Of a stretch of DNA of 64,000 nt, positions 37,460 to 45,956 are shown one piece after another (position 1 is the first letter of the stretch; each line of letters begins with the position of its first letter). The stretch covers positions 37-64,036 of the forward strand of contig CAZHWZ010000005.1 of the NCBI GenBank assembly GCA_964535965.1, read 5' to 3'. The notes under the pieces are model-generated. The model was not told where the DNA came from. It saw only the letters and a program-made list of their open reading frames with translations, and did not search any database. A program made the position numbers and the translations under genes. The stretch comes from an uncultured Candidatus Bathyarchaeia archaeon. Lineage in GTDB: Archaea > Thermoproteota > Bathyarchaeia > Bathyarchaeales > Bathycorpusculaceae.

Positions 37460-37756
37460 TTATAGCTTCATCGCTTTCTGGACTTGCGACCAGGCTACGA
37501 CGGGTCTAACCTTAACTCCTAGGAAGCTGAAAAACTCTTTGACCTTCTCTATGTTGTCCGCCTCAACCAGAAAATATGCGTAATGCTCAGTTTTTCCAAC
37601 GGTTGTACAGTCTTCGTCAACGTATCTGTCGACTATTTTTATTCCAGCCTTCCTCGCTCTCGCACCTGAAATCATTTCATTAAATTGTTTCAGAGTCTTT
37701 ATGTCTCTCGCCGGACATTTCTCATAGCCATGAGAATGACTCACAACATACAACAT
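37460..37756 (-). CDS. small hypothetical alpha/beta protein
   Basis: About 98 aa from MLYVVSHSHGYEKCP.. (second Met of the listed ORF). No family assigned. Confidence 0.4.
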   Translation of the reverse strand: MLYVVSHSHGYEKCPARDIKTLKQFNEMISGARARKAGIKIVDRYVDEDCTTVGKTEHYAYFLVEADNIEKVKEFFSFLGVKVRPVVAWSQVQKAMKL

Positions 37757-37816
37757 TCTAACCGCACCACAAACAAACAATTCTACGTCTGGTTAAAATA
37801 AGGTTTCAGCCTTCAT

Positions 37817-38602
37817 TTGAAGGCAATAACTAATAAAGCTAGGAATCAGATAAGTTCACTCATGACCATGAATGAGATCGTGTTCAAAATCGACAGAATT
37901 GACAGAGACCAGCCCCTACGAAGAATTCTTAAGGAGTTTCGTGAAGCGGTCGTCTCCCACTGGTGCAACAATGGTGAAAGAGACATTTTCGAGATAAGAG
38001 TGGACCAAGAAACCTCCCTGAGAAAGTTCGAGAAAGAGTTAATGTCAACTGCAAATGTCTTAGCATACCACGTAGATCTCAACGATAAGGTGATGATCCT
38101 CGTTAAGAGATGTGACTGCTATAGTCGCGGCTCAATAGCTAAGCACATATCTGAAAGCAATTGCTTGCTTATGCCTCCTGTCGTTTACAACAGGGGATGG
38201 GAACACTATAAAATCGTATCATTCAGGCCAGAAGATGAAAGAAAGTTCTTCAATGGCCTAAAAAAGCTTGCTGATGTGGAGATCCTTTCAAAGACGAGGA
38301 TATTTAACACTGGAACCGGTGGCGGCATACGCGTCTCTATACTGAGCCTATTCTCCCGAATGACGGATAAGCAGTTGAACGCCCTGCTCGTAGCCTATGA
38401 ACAAGGTTACTACAAATCGCCGCGCAGAATTACTACTGAGAAGTTAGCCAAAACAATGGTCGTCACAAGACCGACATATGAAGAACACCTTAGGAAAGCT
38501 GAAAACAAAATCATATCCGCCATAGCTCCATACCTGAGGCTTCTCTACTTCAGAAAACCATCCAAACCCCCTTTGGGTTCAAAAGTGGAAAAAATCCCTT
38601 AG
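37817..38602 (+). CDS. Bat-type HTH (HTH_10) transcription regulator
   Basis: C-terminal LTDKQLNALLVAYEQGYYKSPRRITTEKLAKTMVVTRPTYEEHLRKAENKII is a typical HTH_10 signature. The start may be the ATG at 37862. Confidence 0.7.
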   Translation: MKAITNKARNQISSLMTMNEIVFKIDRIDRDQPLRRILKEFREAVVSHWCNNGERDIFEIRVDQETSLRKFEKELMSTANVLAYHVDLNDKVMILVKRCDCYSRGSIAKHISESNCLLMPPVVYNRGWEHYKIVSFRPEDERKFFNGLKKLADVEILSKTRIFNTGTGGGIRVSILSLFSRMTDKQLNALLVAYEQGYYKSPRRITTEKLAKTMVVTRPTYEEHLRKAENKIISAIAPYLRLLYFRKPSKPPLGSKVEKIP

Positions 38603-38694
38603 AAGCCCTAGCCAGAATATGGAGACAAGGGTCTGACATTCACTATCCTCAGATACCTCTTCAAACTTCTGCTCTCAAGTTGTTTTAGGAATTT

Positions 38695-38810
38695 TGGCGC
38701 CGGGGGTGGGATTTGAACCCACGCGGCCCCGAGAGGCCACAGGCTGTTAGGCACCCTTAGCCTTTCAAGCGTCTCCAGGCCTGCTCCATACCTAGCTAGG
38801 AGACCCCGGC
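38695..38810 (-). tRNA. tRNA-Ser (GGA), class II, with an intron of about 27 nt at or near position 37/38; CCA encoded
   Basis: Minus strand GCCGGGG TC TCC TAGCTAGGTAT GGA G CAGGC CTGGAG[27 nt]A GCCTG T GGCCTCTCGGGGCCGC GTGGG TTCAAAT CCCAC CCCCGGC G CCA. Long variable arm and G73 fit Ser. Confidence 0.8.
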
Positions 38811-38887
38811 ATTGCCAGGCTTAACCTTATAATGTTGCGCAGATTTAATGTTTATTTTGTTCACCTTCAGTAATTTTACCGTTTGGG

Positions 38888-39127
38888 ATGATGCCTATGG
38901 TGAGAGTGAATAAGAAGTATTCCACGATTTTGTTTGGAGTTTTATTGTCGTTAGGTATGTCCTTTTCGATGTCTCTGGTTCTCACTTTAATAAATTTGGG
39001 TTTTGTTCCTGACTTTTTCGAGAAATGGATTCGCGCATTCGCAATTGGCTTTATTGTAAGTTTTCCAACATCAATGCTGATAATTCCAATTGTAAGAAGA
39101 ATTGTTAGCAAATTGACAATGGATTAA
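38888..39127 (+). CDS. small two-TM membrane protein (DUF2798-like, tentative)
   Basis: 79 aa with two helices and a FEKWIRAF linker. Confidence 0.4.
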   Translation: MMPMVRVNKKYSTILFGVLLSLGMSFSMSLVLTLINLGFVPDFFEKWIRAFAIGFIVSFPTSMLIIPIVRRIVSKLTMD

Positions 39128-39134
39128 GAAAGGC

Positions 39135-39773
39135 TTAGTGTTTTTCTGCAATTAACACGCGGTAACCACTTTTCCTCGCGAGAATAGTAACGTTTCCAAA
39201 GGCTTCCTTGAAAATCGTTTGCAGTCTTTTTCCGCCAACTTTCGATTTTACAACCATCTGAAATAAGGCTTTGCTAGCCATGTATTTTGGGGCTTCAGTT
39301 ATTATGGCTTTTACGGTGTCCATTCCAACACTCACTGGAGGATTCGAAAGGATACATTTGAACATCAAGTCTTTAACTGGCTCGTATAGGTGGCCCCTTC
39401 TAACTTCAGCATTGTCAACATGATTAATTTCGATGTTTTGTTTTGCGAGCCAAACAGCCCTTTCATTAACATCAACCATGATCACACGTAAATTAGGATT
39501 GAAAACTGCAGCAGCTATTCCAACAGCGCCATACCCACAGCCAACGTCCAAAACATATCCCTTTTTAGGAAGAACCATGGACTCTATTAGCAGTCTCGTG
39601 CCCAAGTCCACACGCTTTTTGGAAAACACGCCTGAAGCTGTCAAAAACTCGAAATGTCTATCGCGAAGGCATGTGCGAATCAGGCCAAACTTTGCCTTCG
39701 ATTTTGGATGGGCAGCAAAATAGTGTTCTAGGCTTTCGCTTTTCTTAGGCATTTTTAGCCTCTTCTCCAACAT
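39135..39773 (-). CDS. SAM-dependent methyltransferase, RsmC/RlmG-like 'MTS' small domain
   Basis: VLDVGCGYGAVGIAAA (motif I) and ILSNPP (N-methylase motif IV). Overlaps the cbf5 3' end by 19 nt. Confidence 0.7.
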   Translation of the reverse strand: MLEKRLKMPKKSESLEHYFAAHPKSKAKFGLIRTCLRDRHFEFLTASGVFSKKRVDLGTRLLIESMVLPKKGYVLDVGCGYGAVGIAAAVFNPNLRVIMVDVNERAVWLAKQNIEINHVDNAEVRRGHLYEPVKDLMFKCILSNPPVSVGMDTVKAIITEAPKYMASKALFQMVVKSKVGGKRLQTIFKEAFGNVTILARKSGYRVLIAEKH

Positions 39774-40786
39774 TTGGGATATGTACCCCTAGGCATTAGA
39801 ACCCTTTTAGTCTCGGCAACAACTCCATGTTCCATCTTCAAAATCTCATCCGTAGAAGTGGCAGCCTTACCCAAAGCAACAGCTTCACCTTTCAAGGTGA
39901 GAACAGCAGCCAGCGAACCATCGCTTATTCCAGTTTCAATAGATAAAACACCGGGAGCTGTCAGGTTTGCTCCATGGCAGATGGCATCAACCGCAGAGTC
40001 TCTAACGTAAATCTTCGGAACTAAAGTTAAAGCGTTTTCCATAGGATTTATGAACTGCCTCAAAACATTGTCATCTTTTTTCTCTTGCCACTCCGTAAAC
40101 CAGTAAGCCACATCATGCAAGGTTACAAAGTCTTCGCCATCCTCAACAAAGGGTCCAGCCCTTGTTCTGCGCAGTTCCTGCATGTGCGCCCCACAGCCCA
40201 AAACCTCACCCATATCATAACAGAGCTTGCGCAGGTACGTGCCGCCTTCACATCCAGCCTTAAAAAGAATGTTTCGCCCTTCCATCTCAAGAAAATCTAG
40301 ATAATAGATTCGCCTGGTACGTAGCTGCCGTTTAACCGACGCCCTCAAAGGAGGCCTCTGATAAATAACATCCTCAAACTCTTCCAAGACATTCTTAACT
40401 TGTTCCTCTTTTGCTTCTCCATGAAGCTTCATTACGCAAATGTACTCTTTACCACTGTAAAGTAAGGCCTGAAGAATTTTCCTGGATTCCTCTAGGGTGA
40501 TGGGCAACACTCCGGTCACGTTAGGATTTCTCTGGTTTTAGACCTCTAGAGTCCCGCCGTGACCCACATGCTCAAGCTTAAGTATGCGTTTAACCCAAGC
40601 AGCCACTTCATGGCTCGTTGGACCAGCAGGTTTATCCAGGTTTATGAGACCGTAGCGTATGTACTCTTCAGCTGGTCTTTCTTCGGGTTTATGCCCGTAG
40701 CGGGGATTTGTCTTATCCTCAGCCTTCACTAACAATTTACGCTCAATTTCCCATGGAGCAATACTTCTAGGCATGACAGCTAACAC
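39755..40786 (-). CDS. cbf5: H/ACA RNP pseudouridine synthase Cbf5 (TruB plus PUA), interrupted by an 18-nt BHB intron; exon 1 40786..40546, exon 2 40527..39755
   Basis: ORF 40538..40786 ends ..PTSHEVAAWVKRILKLEHVGHGGTLEV*. ORF 39755..40519 starts (V)TGVLPI.. Joining after intron removal gives GHGGTLDPNVTGVLPI, 337 aa in total. The C-terminus has a PUA-like domain. rpl14e is upstream, as in other archaea. Confidence 0.85.
40528..40545 (-). other. predicted bulge-helix-bulge (endonuclease-spliced) intron within the cbf5 mRNA
   Basis: RNA from 40554 to 40524 reads GGA-CUCU-[AGA]-GGU-CUAAA-ACC-AGAG-[AAA]-UCC. This gives a 3-bp outer helix, a 4-bp central helix, two 3-nt bulges on opposite strands and a 3-bp inner helix. 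Cleavage after nt 2 of each bulge removes AGGUCUAAAACCAGAGAA. Confidence 0.8.
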
Positions 40787-40829
40787 TCCTACAAAGTAGA
40801 AAAAGGCTTGGAAGTATAAGAGCTTAAAT

Positions 40830-41114
40830 CTAAGCCAAAGCTGGCTTAACCATCTGCGCCATTTCTTCCAACTTGCCTGAAGCCTTGAGGGCTTCTGTGA
40901 CTTCTTCGTCGGATGCTCCCCGCTTAATCTTTACTTTATCTTGAATAGGTTCTATATGGTTGACGTTTGTTCTTCGTCTTTTTATGCCTGTCACAGTTTT
41001 TGGACCAGTTATTAACACGAAGCTTTTGTCTATTACATCGACTATGACGCATTTTCTTCCAGCCTCTCGACCAGCCAGTTTCACACAGATTCTACCAACC
41101 TCTATTGCTGGCAT
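40830..41114 (-). CDS. rpl14e: ribosomal protein eL14 (L14e)
   Basis: [29 protein letters not shown] is a KOW motif. 94 aa. Confidence 0.85.
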   Translation of the reverse strand: MPAIEVGRICVKLAGREAGRKCVIVDVIDKSFVLITGPKTVTGIKRRRTNVNHIEPIQDKVKIKRGASDEEVTEALKASGKLEEMAQMVKPALA

Positions 41115-41186
41115 ATCAAAACCCTCTTAGAAAGTAAGAGAACATTCAAATAAGTATTTATAATTTCTATTACGATTGTTTGTTTC

Positions 41187-41244
41187 AAGAGAAAAATGGG
41201 GGAATGTAGGTGTTTTCTTTACGGGTCCATTTCGCCGTAGTGTA
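41187..41244. repeat. repeat copy A: shared 3' coding end plus 3' flank of the two dockerin genes
   Basis: Nearly identical to 46211..46267 (..gaaaaatgggggaatgta(g/c)gtgttttctttacgggtccatttcgccgtagtgta). Confidence 0.85.
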
Positions 41245-44200
41245 GGGCTGTCGTGTATATGTCTTCTATGTCTACTATTTTGTCACTGTTTATGTCCATG
41301 TTGGGGCTGTGGGGACATGCTCCGCATGGGGTTGGATGCATGTACTCGCCGTTGACGGGAACCGAGCCGTACGCCAATGAGATCAAGTATATGTCTTCAA
41401 TGTCAACTATGCCATCGGCGTTTACGTCGCCGATCAAGCCTACATAAACCCAACCATCAGCAAGCATATTATCTGCTGTGTGTGTTTCGCCTGAAACAGG
41501 CCAAGCGTAAGCCCATACGGTGTAGTTGCCCTTAACAAAGCCAGAAGTGTTCCAAGTGAAGGTGACAGCTTTGAAGGCTGCACTCGTCAATGCTACTGTT
41601 TCTGTTTCAATGACGTTTGAGTTGTAGTAGATGGTGATGTCGAGGGTTTCTGTCTGTCTGCCTTGATTTTCAACGATAACGCTGATGGATACGGAGTAGC
41701 CCTGTCCCACTACTGTTTTTGAAGGTTTAACACCAACGATGCTTACGTCATGAACCACCTGTTCTGGGTCGTGACCGAAGATGATTATTTCGGTTGGATC
41801 CAGGGCCTTTGGCTCTGCTGTAGTCGAATTGACTAATATCATGTTGGGATCGCCATAGAAAACGTAGGCGTTGCAGCAGTCGTCAACATATGGGTAAGCA
41901 TACCACGGAAACTCGTTACCTGGAGTGACCGTGTAATTGTAGACCCATACGCGACTGAAGAGGGTCATCTCAAAGTAGGTTTTGGGGTAAACGTATCCTG
42001 TCTTAGTTACCGCTGTCACGAAGGCTTCGCCCAGCGTCATGCCTACCATGACCTCCTGCGTATACTTGACGCAGAACCAGTCCGTATCTATGAGCAAACC
42101 TGTCCTCATGTCTCCGATAGCCGATGCTGCGCCGTGCCTCATCATAGTTAGTGGTAACAATGAACCCCCGACGTAGCAGTCCATGAAGACTATGTTTATT
42201 GAGTGGATGTTGCCGAGCCATCGGTCAAATTCTCCACCATATGCGAAGCTGAAGGGCTCCCCCAATCTTTGGTAGACTGCCCCGTCTGGATATGGATAGC
42301 CGTCGAGGTTGTATTGGTCTGGAATCGACGCATTCTCGGCGTATGTGGTCATGTTATACTCGTATCCGCGTTTCGGCTGCAGGTCTGGTGGATCCTCGTA
42401 CCAGAGACCGACTCCACCTTGCCCAAAGGGCAGGTAGTCCCAGACAAAACCGAGTTCACCATGGTTTGAGTGGTACCAGAAGGCCACGCCGGAGTTTAGT
42501 ACGTTGAAGACTTCGTATTTACCGATGTGTGCCTCTACCGTGAAATTACGACTTTCCATAGCATTCGTCGTGTTGTCCCAGCCGTTAACGCTGTATACAT
42601 AACTTGGCGGAGCCTTATAGTCCGGTGGCTGTATAAGGTTAGGCGGGATGTCGCTGGGTATGTCCGGCATTCCGTAATCGTACGCTACGCATGTGGGCAT
42701 ACTGATGTTGTATCCAGGGTTGGCGTAGATTATGGCTGGGTATAGCAGGGCCCTGCTAACGAAGGCGACATCTTCTTCTGCGTTTTCTCCCGGAATTCTT
42801 CCAGCTTTAGCGATGCCTTCGATTGCCCTCTCAAACACTGGCTTAACATCTACGAGAGGCGCAACCGTCAGCACGCTTTCCATGCCGGGAGCGTCGGCGC
42901 CTAGGCTTCCAATCCACTCGGACCATTCTTTTGACAATTCATGCATCCAGTGGATGGGTGGGGCCTTGAGCAGCCAGTCTAAAGGACTTATTCCGCCCCA
43001 CTCGTGAGCAAAGTATTGATATGCCCAAGTGGAGTCTGCGAGTGTTGGAATCTGCTTTGCGTTGCCTTTGAAAATAAGTATAGGAGCGCCGTGAAATGCT
43101 CCGGCTAGCGCGGCTGGAGCGAAGAAGTTGTCCGTCGGTACAGTTAAGATTATGTCCGTTTCTCCACTGAGACCTCTTATGTAGGATACGACGTCCTCTA
43201 AGCTTAGCAGGTCTTGGGTGATCGTGATGCCCATGTCCGTAATCTGGCTCTTAACACTGCTGGAGATTATTCCGGCAGGGTCAACGATGATCACTTCCTC
43301 AACTCCGAGGATTTGAAGGGTTTCTCTTGTTTCGTGTAGCAGGGCATCGGTTGCGGTGAAGAGAAGTGGGGCATTTAACAGGGATGCAATGACTGCCCCA
43401 TTGGCTGCGGCTTCGACATAGTTAAGCTTTGTTTCGTTGTATAATGGGATTTCGTATTGAACCGTGTATTCGACGGGTTCATTCGGTGGATACTGTCCAA
43501 GGAGTGCTGCTTCCGCGATTAGGGTCCAGTTTCCAGGCGTTGGGTAAAGGGTGTTAAGGTGACCTATGCTGGATACGTATAATGGCGACGGTGGGTACTC
43601 AGTATATTCGGATTCAAAGTAGTTGGGGAAGAGGATGTTGCCTTCTGGGTCTATCAGCCACATGGACACCCAACTCATTCTCTTTTGAGTGCTGTTGCAT
43701 GAAAGCCAAGCGTCGAGTTCCTGAGCGTTTTCAGGCACGGTTATTGTATACGCATCGAGGTTCCCTGGCTTGCGTGAGAAGCCATACGCGAGTCCTCCTA
43801 TAACCAAGCCATAGTCAACTCCACCCTCGAATCCCATGCAGTAAATCGCCACCGTATAGCTTTCTGGGGTGGTTCTTGGGCGCTCGTTGACGCCCCACAT
43901 CATCCATGTATAACCGCCTGTAGCGGGTGTGAAGTCGTAGTCGACAACGTTTCCATCTGGGTCTATGAGGAAGCACGCTAGCCACGTTTCTCCGACGGCT
44001 GTGGTCCAGTTGAGCAGCTGAACTTGTGTTATCATGATGCCTGTGATGTTGGCTGGTATGGTAAAGTTCAGCCACTCTCCTCTATGAATCACGGGTTCTG
44101 GTAGAGTTGCGTTCCATATGTAGGCATCGGCGATGAAGCCCCAGTAGGTTCCTATGCGGTCGGTTGTTAGACGAATGTGGACTACGTCGCCGGGAACAAT

Positions 44201-45685
44201 GGGTGTCCATACATCCTCGTAGTATCCATTGTAAGATGTTATCAGCTTCCAGTCCCTGTCATAGATGTACAAGTAGTCGTATCCAGGTTCTAGATCAATT
44301 TTTGGGAAGTGGACACTGATGCTTACTGCTCCTAAATGAGCCACATCGTACGTCACGTTCATATTGTTTTCATATGGGTGTGGCGACTCGATAGGGGGTT
44401 CGATGGTCGCATACTGTCCAGATGGAGGGCCGCTAATGCGGAACGGGTAACTGATGTAGTACTCTTGCGTTACGTTGAAGAATTCGCCGCGAAATTCGCC
44501 GTACGTGACTGCTGGTGTTGGGAAGTACGTCTTCGCTGGCGTTATTACCGCGGAACTTGAGTTTATCCATTCCCGGAGGGCGATCTCTTTCCCGTACTTG
44601 TATGGGTCGTTAACCATGATGGACGTGTAGTTGTCGGTTCCGAGGTAGCCTTTCATGTATGACATGTAATCGTTGCTGTATGGACCTATGAAGTCTGTGT
44701 AGCTGACTCCTCCCCAGTGGTCGCAGTAGGTCTTCCAGTCTTCGAGGAGGTAGTTGCCAGCCATGGACTCGCCGTATATGATTGGTGCCATGTAGAGGTT
44801 TCCAATCTCGTCTCTGAATACGTTTGCTGGCACGGACGCAAGGAAAGCATATTCGTCAAGGTAGGATGTGGGGTCGGAGTAGACGAATGTGCATCGCCTA
44901 AAAGGAACACGTTTCGGCACTAGCGCGCTAACACTGCCATGTTGCAGATTTGCCGAAATTTCATTTTTGGTGTTCGTTACCCCCCAATCTGGATCGCCGA
45001 TTATTTTGCGAAAATCGTTTGTGACGATGGCTATGTCAGTGATATTCACTGTGCTGTCGCTATTGACGTCTGTCGATGAATTGTAGGTGCCCCTAGCCCA
45101 ATCACGAAGGGTGAGGAAAACATCCAACATGTCTACTCTTAGATCATTGTCCACGTCAGACCATGGTCTGTACGGCGTAGTAGAGTACGGATCGTGACCT
45201 ATTAATGATACATTGACGAGCGTCAGCGGGCTGGTTCCATCACTGATGGGATTGAAGTTGACTGTTAATAACTTTACTACAGTGGCCGTCGCTGGCTGAC
45301 CGGGGCGTAACGCAGCCTCAAGGGCAGGTAGAGAAGTATTGGGCATATAGAAAAATCCTGCTTCACTAACGCTATCTAATACCGGAGGATTTCTTATAGT
45401 GGTAAGCCCTGTAAGGTTTGCGAAATCCCCCCACTCAAAGGATACATAATCTAAAACCAGGGGATTCCACTCTAAGCCCACTTGCCAAGCCCAGAGGTTT
45501 TGAACATTAGACACCATGATACTAACTGAGAATTGTGTATTCACCGATACTCTGATTGACGATGGGTAAATGTAAACTGCAGGATCATCCTGTGCTTTTA
45601 ATGGTTGAACGTTAAGTATCAACGTTAATATGCCTGTTAATAGCAGTGTTAGCATTATTCCCGTAACCGCTTTCCTATTTTCCAT
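41219..45685 (-). CDS. giant secreted multidomain protein: signal/TM, cohesin-like domain, internal dockerin, possible C25/clostripain-like Cys peptidase, CARDB-like domain, C-terminal dockerin
   Basis: Start placed at MENRKAVTGIMLTLLLTGILTL (ATG 45685). Cohesin-like SVNTQFSVSIMVSNVQNLWAWQVGLEWNPLVLDYV. Dockerin loops DVDNDLRVDMLDV, DVNSDSTVNITDI, DVNADGIVDIEDI and DINSDKIVDIEDI. WYHSNHGELG and FMDCYVGGS may form a His/Cys dyad. CARDB-like VSISVIVENQGRQTETLDITIYYN. Confidence 0.6.
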   Translation of the reverse strand: MENRKAVTGIMLTLLLTGILTLILNVQPLKAQDDPAVYIYPSSIRVSVNTQFSVSIMVSNVQNLWAWQVGLEWNPLVLDYVSFEWGDFANLTGLTTIRNPPVLDSVSEAGFFYMPNTSLPALEAALRPGQPATATVVKLLTVNFNPISDGTSPLTLVNVSLIGHDPYSTTPYRPWSDVDNDLRVDMLDVFLTLRDWARGTYNSSTDVNSDSTVNITDIAIVTNDFRKIIGDPDWGVTNTKNEISANLQHGSVSALVPKRVPFRRCTFVYSDPTSYLDEYAFLASVPANVFRDEIGNLYMAPIIYGESMAGNYLLEDWKTYCDHWGGVSYTDFIGPYSNDYMSYMKGYLGTDNYTSIMVNDPYKYGKEIALREWINSSSAVITPAKTYFPTPAVTYGEFRGEFFNVTQEYYISYPFRISGPPSGQYATIEPPIESPHPYENNMNVTYDVAHLGAVSISVHFPKIDLEPGYDYLYIYDRDWKLITSYNGYYEDVWTPIVPGDVVHIRLTTDRIGTYWGFIADAYIWNATLPEPVIHRGEWLNFTIPANITGIMITQVQLLNWTTAVGETWLACFLIDPDGNVVDYDFTPATGGYTWMMWGVNERPRTTPESYTVAIYCMGFEGGVDYGLVIGGLAYGFSRKPGNLDAYTITVPENAQELDAWLSCNSTQKRMSWVSMWLIDPEGNILFPNYFESEYTEYPPSPLYVSSIGHLNTLYPTPGNWTLIAEAALLGQYPPNEPVEYTVQYEIPLYNETKLNYVEAAANGAVIASLLNAPLLFTATDALLHETRETLQILGVEEVIIVDPAGIISSSVKSQITDMGITITQDLLSLEDVVSYIRGLSGETDIILTVPTDNFFAPAALAGAFHGAPILIFKGNAKQIPTLADSTWAYQYFAHEWGGISPLDWLLKAPPIHWMHELSKEWSEWIGSLGADAPGMESVLTVAPLVDVKPVFERAIEGIAKAGRIPGENAEEDVAFVSRALLYPAIIYANPGYNISMPTCVAYDYGMPDIPSDIPPNLIQPPDYKAPPSYVYSVNGWDNTTNAMESRNFTVEAHIGKYEVFNVLNSGVAFWYHSNHGELGFVWDYLPFGQGGVGLWYEDPPDLQPKRGYEYNMTTYAENASIPDQYNLDGYPYPDGAVYQRLGEPFSFAYGGEFDRWLGNIHSINIVFMDCYVGGSLLPLTMMRHGAASAIGDMRTGLLIDTDWFCVKYTQEVMVGMTLGEAFVTAVTKTGYVYPKTYFEMTLFSRVWVYNYTVTPGNEFPWYAYPYVDDCCNAYVFYGDPNMILVNSTTAEPKALDPTEIIIFGHDPEQVVHDVSIVGVKPSKTVVGQGYSVSISVIVENQGRQTETLDITIYYNSNVIETETVALTSAAFKAVTFTWNTSGFVKGNYTVWAYAWPVSGETHTADNMLADGWVYVGLIGDVNADGIVDIEDIYLISLAYGSVPVNGEYMHPTPCGACPHSPNMDINSDKIVDIEDIYTTALHYGEMDP

Positions 45686-45845
45686 CCTCTTTTCCTTCTT
45701 TCCCCTCTTTCCCCTCTTTACATTTAATGAAAGAGGTCGTAAGCCATCAGACAATACAGCTCATTGGCTTCTCAGACGCTCTCAGCAGAAGCCATTTAGG
45801 CTACAATGAAACAAGCCTCTCCCTTGCTAAAACATCCAAATAGTT

Positions 45846-45855
45846 CTATTTAAAA
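45846..45855 (-). promoter_or_regulatory. candidate TATA box (TTTTAAATAG on the minus strand) for the giant dockerin gene
   Basis: A/T box preceded by purine-rich AGAAA (BRE-like). An identical copy lies at 49319..49328. About 160 nt upstream of the ATG. Confidence 0.4.
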
Positions 45856-45956
45856 TTTCTGAAACTTTGTTCCAGCCACAACAAGCCTTCAATTCTTCAA
45901 TGTTGCATATGTTTTTATCTGGATCCTAGGCCACCTCAGCAGGCATGTGTTTCGCT

